Below, one piece after another: positions 1 through 12,144 of a DNA stretch of 64,000 bases. The translations under genes were made by a program, and so were the position numbers. Positions within the stretch are counted from its first letter, which is position 1. The number at the start of each line of letters is the position of its first letter. The stretch is from Saccostrea cucullata (lineage: Eukaryota). Under the pieces are notes generated by a model that saw nothing but the letters and a program-made list of their open reading frames with translations, was not told where the DNA came from and searched no databases. The DNA is taken from assembly GCF_032062105.1 (NCBI RefSeq), contig NW_026930709.1:186001-250000 (forward strand). Reading direction: 5' to 3'.

Positions 1-90
1 AGATTTCATAGTATTATGAATCCCGGTATACTTTCAAACACACGAAATCTACCCCCACCCCCACCCCGAACGCCCCCCCCCCTCCCCCCG

Positions 91-368
91 CGCGTGAAGC
101 AGTGGTTAAAGCGTCTAGGGTCGCGAAGTAAGGAGTTGATCCTTACATTTCGGGTTCGAAATCCACCGTGGGACGTGGAGAGCGGTCCTTCGGATGAGAC
201 CGTATAAACCGAGGTCCCGTGTACACAGTAGGCCCTGACACGAAAAAGATCCCTCACTGCTCAATGGCCGTAAGTGCCAAGTATAGGACAAAGTTTGCAG
301 CTCTCCACCGATAAGTGGTGGCGTCTCGAGTGAAAAATTTTCGAGAGGGACATTAAACAAGATACAAA
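91..368 (+). mobile_element. tRNA-derived SINE with Deu/Nin-type core
   Basis: Pol III A-box-like (gcagtggttaaagcg) and B-box-like (ggttcgaaatcc) head. Core ggtccttcggatgagaccgtataaaccgaggtcccgtgt resembles the Deu/Nin domain. The 3' half is shared with copies at 58001 and 61379. Confidence 0.7.
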
Positions 369-1259
369 CACCCCCCTCCCCCAACACACACTCTCAGATG
401 AATACTTTCAAAAAATTTTATCAAAAATAATGTTTGAGTTTTATAAATTCATTTAATATTTTATATACCCGGTGGCAGATTACGCTCTATTCATATTTAT
501 CTCGTAGCTGAAAAAGACACAGAGATCGAAGACCCGGTCCTAAACTTTAGAGCTCCTCTCTCAGCTACAGGACATTTGACCAGGCAGGGGCACCGGAGAT
601 GTTAACAATTAATTTTCTCAATGGTATATACCATAGGATAGAAAAAGCAAAGCCAATTTATGGCTGTGCCCCTCGATAACTTTGAAACTTTTTTATAGTT
701 TTTTTTACCCCCTCCCCCCGAAAAATTAAATTATTTCTTACTACAGTGTTTTATACACGTACGCTCGAAATATCGATATTTATTCAAATTATAGCATTCA
801 CTTGAATATAAAATTTGTACTTGTACTAAAGAAGAGAGAAAAGAGGAACTGATTACACTGTATAAACCACGGATCAATGTGCAAATTTTATAGTAGTCAT
901 ATATATGTATTTCAGATGGGCTAATTGAATTAAAAAAGATATAAGGACGATAGTCTCTGCCTCCAGTATAAAATAACAACGGTTATGAATTTCCCAAGAG
1001 ACTTGAATATGACGAATATACTTGGGAAATTTGTATTATTCATATTTGCACCATACTTTTCAAATCGATATTCCTACTGTTACAGCTGCAGTTTGAACTC
1101 TGGAAATCCGATGTTAATTTAAAATTCTCTGACTTCTAAAACTTTAATGAAACATACTTATAGTAAAACTGTCGCAAAATAGACATTAAAGGAAAATGAG
1201 GAATTAAGGTTGTGTGTAGTACATTACACCTTAGCACTTATTAAGACAAATGTCAGGCG

Positions 1260-1445
1260 GATCCAGGAATTTTTTCCACGGTTGTTCCATCAAGCAAAAA
1301 AAAAAAAAAAAAAAAAAGCCCGAACGTGAAAAAGCCTGAAAAATAGTCACAAAATCCAGGAATTTTTTCCACGGTTGTTCCAACAAGCGAAAAAAGAGTC
1401 CCGAACTCGAAAAAGCCTGAAAAATAGTCACAAACGTGAAAAACC
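1260..1445. repeat. Two-copy ~93-bp tandem duplication
   Basis: atccaggaattttttccacggttgttcca...gaaaaagcctgaaaaatagtcacaaa occurs twice in direct orientation. Confidence 0.75.
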
Positions 1446-2380
1446 TATTTCGATCGGAGGGGGAGAGGATGTCCAAATTAAGTCTCTCTTAGCTTGTTTA
1501 AGATACTATGTATATACATATAATAACTCTGCAAGTGGAATCTCTTTTACATCCTGATCTGAGTCGGACTCCCTGCCCGTACTCTTCAAAATCGATTTTT
1601 TTCAATTATCAATCACATATGACCAGATTTTTCCCCAACATTTCTTTTACTGTTGAAAATGTTCATTGAAAGGCTGGTTACACCACCCCCCCCCCCCCCC
1701 CCCCACTTTGTAACAACAGTAAAGTGATATCAGGGGAATGGAGTATTTTATGCTCCAAAAAATTGGTACTGAAAGAAGTTGGCCTCTTACCCATTTCTGA
1801 ACAAAATCATTCAAATATACTCAATCATCACTCATTACATTATTTATTTTTAAAAATTAATGAATACAATAAAAATTGAATTGATGAATTAAATGGGAAA
1901 AAAAAATTGTTCGTGGATCGCGGGAAGGAGAGGGCAGGGGCAAATTTTTTTTCTCTGAGCATAGTACATGTAACTGTTTTTGGTCAATAGGCTAGGTACC
2001 GGTGGTTTTATTTTGTTACTTTAAGGCTAAGCAATGGCCAATTTAAGGATTATAATTATATCATTTGATTTAAAAATTACCAAACACAAAATGGAAGGTT
2101 TAACCCACCCACCCCCCTTACGAAATAGAATTTTCAAATTTGAACTTGATTTTTTAAAATTTTGTTTTTTTTGTTTTATTTGTTTGTTTGACAAATTTTT
2201 TTTGGCTTGTGGGATATCTATGGAAACCCCCTTTTAAAACCGTTCATTGCAGCTACGTGCCTGGAAAAAAGTATTCATTCGCAAATATACCTTTGTATAC
2301 TTAATTGTAAAATAAATAATCATTTGTTAGGCCCTAATAAAAAGTAGTAAATTAAAAAAAGGGCGTACATGCGCGCGCTT

Positions 2381-2417
<37 letters not shown>

Positions 2418-2887
2418 AAATTATCTATTCAATCATGTCTTGAAAGAAAAAAGTAATCTGGAATGGCATGAATCAGATCTTTTGAAGTATATTCAATATA
2501 AGAACACCACTGTGTATTATGGAGAAAAAAATTATATCAACTCTGTTGTTTTTAACAAATTATTTTGAATTAAAACCAGGGACATATAGGTCCCTGTTAA
2601 AACGTATCATTTAGTTTCGCAATTTTTACGTATCACTTTTTTCAATAGTAATATTTTACTGTCAATGATTATATCAGTTTCATTAATTGATTTACTATAC
2701 ATGGCATACAACTAATTTCCCCCCAAAAAGAAAAGCACAATGTGTTATCTTACTTGAACTATTTTTGCACGGTCAAAGGGAAGTAACTCTAGTTTGTTGA
2801 CACCATAAAGCTTCTGACTGCAAGTTGAAGTTCGAAGTTCTTCTGTATCGGTGTATGTGTTGAGAAAGGGATAGGCAGTGAGAGAAA

Positions 2888-5800
2888 ATGCCTCTCAAAA
2901 ACATCCCAAAATGTTTGTCACCTCAGCTCCTGCATGTTCTGGCGTCCATGGGACATGGAGATGAGATTGGTACTGAATTCTCCGAAAGAAAATACAATTT
3001 TTTGTTTAAAATTGCTTTATTTATTTATTGTAACTTGAATTTACTCTGCAAGTCTGAAACATTTGTTCAACATTTTCAAACATACATAACCAGCAGAAAT
3101 TTCTTTTTTCTAGTATTAGCTGATGCCCATTTTCCATCGTCTTCTATATGCAGGGATGGCCCAATAGAAGTCAGGGCAGATGGTAAGAATTTTATAGAAC
3201 GTTTGAAATGTTATGAAATCTTGAAATAAGAACATTTCAATTAAATCAAGTAAATCTACACCGTAGGCCTTACAATTCTTATTTGTTAATGCTGACAAGA
3301 AATTCAATTGAAAAAGGAAATTCCATAAAAATTATTATGCAAAGACTATTTCAGTATATGACATGTAATCAATTAAACTTATTAATTTTCATGATTTGCT
3401 GGGTTAAATAATGTTCACATCAATGATTTTTTCCATTGGAATCGAATTAAAATGAGACTTCTTGGATCAGCCATGTATACACTCTTACGCAGAGTGAATA
3501 CGGCGCAGATCTAAGAAGTCTCATTTTAATTAGATTGTGATTTTTTTCTGACAGGTCTAGATATACCTACCCTTTTGGATGCAATTCTACAGTTGCTCCC
3601 CCTTGATACGTATGTTGACTCTTCAGTAAGTTACACTTGATGTTAGAAATATCATGTTCCATTATATCATATTTTAAATAAAATTGGAAAATCTGATGTT
3701 TTTCGCAATTAATTTGAAGAATAACAAAAATTTGCTAGTTTCGCAAATATGAAAAAAAAAAATTGACTGGGCCATAATACACCTGTCCTATTGACCCATT
3801 GTTCTATTCCCTAGGTAGCCTTAATGGACCCAGTCCAGAGTGATAAAGACAGTCACATACAGATTCCCGTGTGGAGCAAGTACAAGGAGATTATCAGAAA
3901 CAGGGAGGGCCCCAGTGTATGTCATTAGTCTATTTATAAATCTGAAAATCAGTGACAGTAAGGTTACCACTGGAAATCTGATAGCTTTGAATACATTTCT
4001 TTGCTCAGCATACTTATAGTTTCCCCATCATCAACTCTTCATGTTTAAACAGTATACATAAGGAATCACTGTCTTCTTAGTAGAGTATGCTAGGGAATCA
4101 ACGATAGTTGGAATCATGGGATAATTTGCATAAGGGGCAAAGCCCAAGTTTCCAACTATCATTGATGTCCCCGGCATACTTTACTAAGTTAAACTTAGTT
4201 ATTCTGTGCATTAATTTCCATTTCATTGTGAAATAAAATTGTAAATTTAGATTTTGAAAAATGTAGACTAACAGATTTAAATTACACAAGCCTTCCATGT
4301 CAATTTCAATAGTCCCCGCCCACTGACAAACACAAAGACAGATTTACATGCATATTAGGCCTCCTTAGCTCCTGACCTATTGCTTGGCAAAATTTACATT
4401 CTGATAGAATGTTCAAGAAATAAACTCTGCCAACTTTCAAAGAGTTACCACAGAAGAAAAAATAGTGTGGAATCATTACTGTTTTTGGGGGACCAATGTT
4501 TGTGGATTTTGTTGGCCACCCTTATCCAACAGTTAACATGTCCATAAATAATTAATTTGTCAATATATTTATTCATTGAATCTTGTGTAAGTGCAAAATA
4601 CCCACAAAATAAAATCGCTGCAAACTAACATAATTTTGCACTCCCACAAATTGCAATGATTCCACAGTATTCCGTAAGTCTCTGCAAGTGAATTGTCATT
4701 ATATTTGCCAAGTTCTTTGCATGGCTTTGTATGCATGTTGATTGGTTTAAATAGAAGTGAACATCTTCATGTGAAGAGAACACTTCAATTTTTGTTGCAT
4801 CGATCCTCACAAACATTGTGTTCTTAGCCCACTCATGGCTGTTGGACTCTTGACAAACTTTCTTTGAATTTTTACAGAAAATCCTGAGTTTTTCCCTCTC
4901 TCTCTCTCGGCCAATTCTTTTAACAAAGCCTTTCTATCTGTAATACATGTATGTACAATGAGATGTTAACTGCCTAAATTCTGCTTACATTTTATCTGTC
5001 AGTGAGTTTTGAAAGTCCAAATGGTTGGTGCTTTGAATGAAAAAAAAATTATAAGTTTGTCAGTGGTCCCATGGCCAGAACAGGACATAAGACCTGATGT
5101 AATGTAGGTAATTTGAAGGAGATAGAATACATTAGCTTATAATAGTATAATCAATTTAGGAATCTAAAAACTTATGAATGTTGTTAATGACCTGGTGAAA
5201 TGTGTTTTTGTTATAGGTGGTAATCGAGTATGTAGAAAGATTTGCCTTTTATAGAAGAGCCAAGACAGCATATGCCATTGTTCACACAGGGTAATGCTAT
5301 TTCATGCATTTTAATTATTTTCAACATTTTTTGACCTTGACCTTTCCTTTGACCTTGACCTCACTTTTCTTAAATTAGTGTTTAGCTCAGTTTTAAACAT
5401 ACCATTCATGACGGTGTTATCAAACTTCACATTTTGATACAAACTTGCATGGATGATGCATCTAGGGATGAAGACTACCAGACTTGCTTCGGATGCTGGA
5501 TCTGACCTACATTTTCCAGATGAGTGACCAGGTTAAAGTTTTTGGAGCAGGTTCCTTCCTTAGGAACTGTAAGCCCTACTTGCACCAAACTTGCATGGAT
5601 GATGCATCTAAGGATGGACACTACCAGACTTGCTTCGGATGCTGGATCTGATCTATATTTTCATTGCCAAATAACTATAAGCCCTGCCTGAACCAAACTT
5701 GCATGGATGATGCATCTAGGGATGGACACTACCAGACTTGCTTCAGATGCTGGATCTGACCTACATTTTTATTCCCTAGTAACTATAAGCCCTACCTGAA

Positions 5801-6047
5801 CCAAACTGATCAAATTTTATACACATACAAATTTTCATGTTGCTTTACTAATATATCCTCGGTGGGGCATTCATGTCCTACGGACATATTTCTAGTTAAT
5901 TTAGCAAATCCATTATTGTTAAACCAATAAACTCTTTTTTAGAACACTTAACAGTTGAGATACTTAATTTTCTTTTTTTTTCCCCTTTTCTACAGAGAGA
6001 TGGCCAAGTATGGAAACATCATATTGAAGAAAGGCCTTGCCCTTTGA
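2888..6047 (+). CDS. FUOM: L-fucose mutarotase (RbsD/FucU family), 6 exons: 2888-2969, 3114-3182, 3555-3625, 3815-3916, 5217-5290, 5996-6047
   Basis: All introns are GT-AG and phase-consistent. Translation: [35 protein letters not shown]...LLPLDTYVDS...[36 protein letters not shown], with the hallmark FucU motifs. Confidence 0.95.
3440..3536. mobile_element. ~97-bp palindromic MITE in FUOM intron 2
   Basis: Arms aatcgaattaaaatgagacttcttggatc and gatctaagaagtctcattttaattagatt. Termini match the element at 18240. Confidence 0.7.
4463..4669. mobile_element. TA-flanked MITE (Tc1/mariner-pogo type), degenerate
   Basis: Imperfect TIRs tagtgtggaatcatt ... aatgattccacagta; same family as the element at 6366. 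Confidence 0.55.
5320..5897 (-). repeat. HINE-like remnant with 3-4 tandem ~120-145-bp units in FUOM intron 5
   Basis: Repeated ccaaacttgcatggatgatgcatcta...ccagacttgcttcggatgctggatctgac; ends in ggggcattcatgtcctacggacatatttctagtt. Confidence 0.6.
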
Positions 6048-6365
6048 TTTCCTGACAATCTGTTCCCAGTTCCCTTCGTTAATTACACCACTGGAAATCC
6101 TTCATAGGAAATCCTCCCCTCATCAAATCTTGTGATCCTCTTGATAATTTATTTAATTATTTCATGTACAAACAAATATACAAATTCATATAAATTAATT
6201 TTTTATATACTTTAACAATTTATATGTTATGAAATAAAACGAAGAAAAGACAATTACTGTGTTATTTTTCTTGAAATCCAAAATTACACAAACACAAAGC
6301 TCTTCATTTGTTTGAGGAAGAAATAGCCACAACTAAGCCATTTATATGTAACAATCAATTCAAAG

Positions 6366-6572
6366 TACTGTGAAATCACAAATTTTCGTGGGGGTTTAAT
6401 TTTCATTGTTTTTGAGGTATGAAGAGACCCACGAATTCATGTCCACCACTAAATGTAAAATGTTACATACATAATAACAATTCTTCATCCACGAATTCAA
6501 ATCCCCACGAACCAAGAGTTTTTACTAAAACCACAAAAATTTGACCCCATGAAAATATGTGATTTTACAGTA
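6366..6572. mobile_element. TA-flanked MITE between the convergent FUOM and STX18 3' ends
   Basis: TIRs ta-ctgtgaaatcacaaattttcgtgggg ... ccccatgaaaatatgtgattttacag-ta. Confidence 0.75.
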
Positions 6573-6854
6573 TACAAGTGCAACTTGTTTTTAAAATTAC
6601 TGTTATATGCACTAAATACAATGCACTACTTGTCTAAATTATTGTTATCATTTCTGTGATGGGGTGTACAAAAGGCAAAAGAAGAGCTGGCTAAAGTAGT
6701 AATAATACTATTGTCTATAAGGAGGACGCTCCAGCAAGCAAATTGCACTTTCCCAAGTTGGCATCTGTGAGGTTTCAAATTATAACACTGGGGGACAAAA
6801 GTTGGCTCCCTTTAACAGCTTGAATTCTTTTTCTATACAAGTTGTCTCCCTTTG

Positions 6855-8181
6855 TTAGCTGTTGTACCAGTCCAGGAAAAGTAGTGATAGAGTCAGTAGG
6901 AGGAGGAAAAATAAAATGTAAACACGGAAACCAGCACTGTTCTTCATAGCCTGAAAAAGGATATATGAAAGTTAATCAAAATATATCCTTAGATTTTATT
7001 TGGATTCCAAAATTGCAGTTAAAAAGTGTGATACTAGCCCCGTGTGCCACAAGACTCGCCTCTCTTTATTTTTAATCTCAAGAAAGTTATATTACAGAAA
7101 TAATATCTGTCATTGAACTTGCCAAAATGACCTTGGGTCAAAGTTATTACTGTACATATCTTTAGCTAAACAAGAATCTTTGAAGTACGTGTATCATTTT
7201 CCACACAATAATGTATTAATCCATTTTTACAAGAACTACAAAGAAACAAAATGGAGTTTACTCTCAGTTTTAATTGTGGACCACCTGAAATTTAACTTTA
7301 TACTTGTGTAGATATGATATAGTTTATACTTGTCTGATCTCCTCATTGCCCTCTTTAATGTTTTCTGTGGAACCAACAACCACCTGCTCAATTCTGTCTA
7401 TATCTTTCTCCTGAAAATGCAATTAAGTAAACAAATATGGTTTGCTATTCTCACACACTCTCTTGTTATTTCAATAGTAAACATTTTAATCATTCTGTAT
7501 GGTTTTTAGAGATTTGTTGCCATTCAGTCTATTGATTTTTATTCACTTTTTTAATATCATAATTATGATATACTGAATATAGATCGTTTTCCATTGAGGT
7601 GATTTAAGCAAGAGTAATTTCCCAATATCCACCATATTGTAGTCAACATTCCCAGATCCTTTGTTATTCAAGTTCAATTTGTTATACTAGGTACTGAGGT
7701 AAAGATAACACAGTTTTTCATATGAATATACATTTGTTAAAGCCTCTATTAATTCATAATTTCCAGATTTTAAATATTTTCCCCCATATATTTCTGGTAT
7801 GCATGTTTAAAGTTGGAAATTCACTACTTTGCCCTACAAGATGGCGGCCAAAGGGAATAATTCTAGGCAAAATTTATCATAAGAAAACGATCTAGACTCT
7901 TTTATAATATTGGTATGGTATAAGAGTTAAAGGGAGCTAACCTGTTCTAACACTTTTTCTGTGAAGATTTCTTGGAGTTTGGCAATTTCCATGACTTTAC
8001 CCTCTATTTGACTGTAAAGGAAAATGCATAAAATCTAAAAATCAAATATTCACAGACACAGCAGGAGCATAATCTGACCATTATCAATCCAGTTCAGATC
8101 TAATATTATTTTTTTTTGTCTGACCTAATTTGTATTATTATCTTTATAGTTTTAACTACCGATAATACTAAATTGTAAGTC

Positions 8182-8216
<35 letters not shown>

Positions 8217-9203
8217 CACTGTGGCTAGGCAAAAGTATAAATTGGTTTATTATTGAAAAGGTAAAATCCAAAAGTAGTCCCATGAACAATCATGGATTTT
8301 CTATCTTTGAGAAGATGATTTTTAAAGAATTTTCCTATATATTTCTATGTAAAACTTTGGTCGGCCATTTTGGCCTCGCCCTACCCCCGGGGGTCATGAT
8401 TTGAACAAACTTGAATCTACACTACCTGAGGATGCTTCCATATAAATATGATGAATTATGGCTTTGTCATTCTTGAGAAGAATATTTTTAAAGAATTTTC
8501 CTATATATTTCTATGTAAAACTTTGGTCGGCCATTTTGGCCCCGCCCTACCCCCGGGGGTCATGATTTGAACAAACCTGAATCTACACTACCTGAGGATG
8601 CTTCCATATAAATATGATGAATTATGGCTTTGTCATTCTTGAGAAGAAGATTTTTAAAGAATTTTCCTATATATTTCTATGTAAAACTTTGGTCGGCCAT
8701 TTTGGCCCCGCCCTACCCCCGGGGGTCATGATTTGAACAAACTTGAATCTACACTACCTGAGGATGCTTCCATATAAATATGATGAATTATGGCTTGGTG
8801 ATTCTTGAGAAGAAGATTTTCAAAGAATTTTCCTATATATTTCTATGAAAAACTTTGGTCGGCCATTTTGGCCCCGCCCTACCCCCGGGGGTCATGATTT
8901 GAACAAACTTGAATCTACACTACCTGAGCATGCTTCCATATAAATATGATGAATTATGGCTTAGTCATTCTTAAGAAGAAGATTTCTAAAGAATTTTCCT
9001 ATATATTTCTATGTAAAACTTTGGTCGGCCATTTTGGCCCCGCCCTACCCCCGGGGGTCATGATTTGAACAAACTTGAATCTACACTACCTGAGGATGAT
9101 TACCCATAAGTTTCATCTTTCCTGGCACAGTGGTTCTTGAGAAGAAGATTTTTAAATCATGCCACCAAATTTTCATTAATTGCCAATTATCTCCCCTTGA
9201 ATG

Positions 9204-9242
<39 letters not shown>

Positions 9243-9305
9243 AACCCAAGGATGCTTTGTGGCAACTTTGGTTGAAATTGGCCTAGCGGTTCTTGAGAAG
9301 AAGTC

Positions 9306-9336
<31 letters not shown>

Positions 9337-9357
9337 AGACGGACGCCGGACAAAATG

Positions 9358-9403
<46 letters not shown>

Positions 9404-10450
9404 CCAGTCCAAGCTTTAGTGAAAAGCAGATACAGAGTATCAAGATTAAACTCTAATGGTTTTTACATCAAGGGGAAGTAAATTCAATTTAAGACAGACA
9501 GATTTAAATATGTTAAGCATTACTAACCCAACTTCTTGTGACATACTACTCATCTCTTCAAATAATGCTGCATTTTCTTTCTCAAACTGAAAGATATCAT
9601 GAAAAAGTTGAAAATTATTCCTTGAATTATAATGCAGAAAAAGAGCAGATGCAAGAAGTTAACAAGAGGCCCAGGGGCCACATCGCTCACCTGAGCAAAT
9701 CGGCTAGGAAAAAACACAAATCAGATCAGAACTGAAAAGTTTACTGAAGGGGGTGGGGGGGGGGGCTTGAATTTAATACTACTTTAGAATGCCTTCATAT
9801 TAATACAGCATATGACTTTGCTGTTCTTGATAAAAGGATTTTTTAAAAACATTTTCTTCCTATACTATCACTAATCATTGCTTTGAAGTACTTGAGAAGA
9901 CAATTTTCCTGTAAATTCCTATGTAAAACTTTGATCAGCCATTGTGGCCCCACCCTACCCCCGGGGGTCATGATTTGTACAAACTTGAATTTACACTACG
10001 TGAGGATGCTTCCACATGAGTTTCTTCTTTCCTGGCCCAGTGGTTCTTGAGAAGAAGATTTTTAAAGATTTTCCCTATATACTCCTATGTAAAACTTTGA
10101 TCGGCCATTGTGGCCCCACCTTACCCCAGGGGGTCATGATTTGAACAAATTTGAATCTACACTACCTGAGCATGCTTCCATATAAATATGATGAATTATG
10201 GCTTTGTCATTCTTGAGAAGAAGATTTTTAAAGAATTTTCCTATATATTTCTATGTAAAACTTTGTCGGCCATTTTGGCCCCGCCCTACCCCCTGGGGTA
10301 ATGATTTGAACAAACTTGAATTTACACTACCTGAGGATGTTTCTCCATAAGTTTCATCTTTCCTGGCACAGTGGTTCTTGAGAAGAAGATTTTTAAAATA
10401 TGCCACCAAATTTTCATTTATTCCCAATTATCTCCCCTTGAATGAGGGCT

Positions 10451-10494
<44 letters not shown>

Positions 10495-10503
10495 ACTTTG
10501 TGG

Positions 10504-10534
<31 letters not shown>

Positions 10535-10601
10535 TGAGAAGAAGTCGAAAATGTGAAAAGTTTACAGACAGACGGACAGCTAGACGGACGGACGGATAAC
10601 G

Positions 10602-10646
<45 letters not shown>

Positions 10647-10915
10647 CAATTACATTGTTGCTTTGTCTTCTAAAAAAAAATCACAAGGTTTTTATGTCCA
10701 AGAATTCCCACAGGCTAAATCGCAAAAGATCTATGAAAAAGAGACACACTGCAATCATTTGTCTAAATATTAAGTCTTCACATGACTGGGAACATACTGT
10801 AAAATCACCAATTTTCATGGGTTTAATTTTTGTTGTTTCATAGTACATGTATGAGGAGACCCACAAAGTTTGTTTTATTTCCTTTTATCACGTAATTAAA
10901 TCCCCTTATTTTCCC

Positions 10916-10953
<38 letters not shown>

Positions 10954-11951
10954 CACTAAGGGTAGGAAAAAGTAGAAAATGGCTTTTTATTGTAAAGTTT
11001 AAATCCATAAGTAGTCCCATGACCAATCATGGATTTGCTATTTTTTAAGATAATGATTTTTTAAGAATTTTCCTATATATATCTTTAAAAACTTTGGTCG
11101 GCCATTTTGGCCCCGCCCTACCCCTGGGGGTCATGATTTGAACAAATTTGAATCTACACTACTTGAGCATGCTTCCATATAAATATGATGAATTATGGCT
11201 TTGTCATTCTTGAGAAGATGATGTTTAAAGAATTTTCCTATATATTTCTATGTAAAACTTTGGTCGGCCATTTTGGCCCCGCCCTACCCCCGGGGGTCAT
11301 GATTTGACCAGACTTGAATCTACACTACCTGAGCATGCTTCCATATAAATATGATGAATTATGGCTTTGTCATTCTTGAGAAGAAGATTTTTAAAGAATT
11401 TTCCTATATATTTCTATGTAAAACTTTGGTCGGCCATTTTGGCTCCGCCCTACCCCCGGGGGTCATGATTTGAACAGACTTGAATCTACACTACCTGAGC
11501 ATGCTTCCATATAAATATGATGAATTATGGCTTAGTCATTCTTGAGAAGAAGACTTTTAAAGAATTTTCCTATATATTTCTATGTAAAACTTTGGTCGGC
11601 CATTTTGGCCCCGCCCTACCCCCGGGGGTCATGATTTGAACAAACTTGAATCTACACTACCTGAGCATGCTTCCATATAAATATGATGAATTATGGCTTT
11701 GTCATTCTTGAGAAGAAGATTTTTAAAGAATTTTCCTATATATTTCTATGTAAAACTTTGATCGGCCATTTTGGCCCCGCCCTACCCCCGGGGGTCATGA
11801 TTTGAACAAACTTGAATCTACACTACCTGAGGATGTTTCCCCATAAGTTTCATCTTTCCTGGCACAGTGGTTCTTGAGAAGAAGATTTTTAAAATATGCC
11901 ACCAAATTTTCATTAATTCCCAATTATCTCCCCTTGAATGAGGGCTTGGCC

Positions 11952-11995
<44 letters not shown>

Positions 11996-12017
11996 TTGGC
12001 AAGTTTGGTTGAAATTA

Positions 12018-12048
<31 letters not shown>

Positions 12049-12097
12049 GTGAAAAGTTTACAGACAGACGGACAGACAGACGGACGCCGGACAAAAT

Positions 12098-12144
<47 letters not shown>

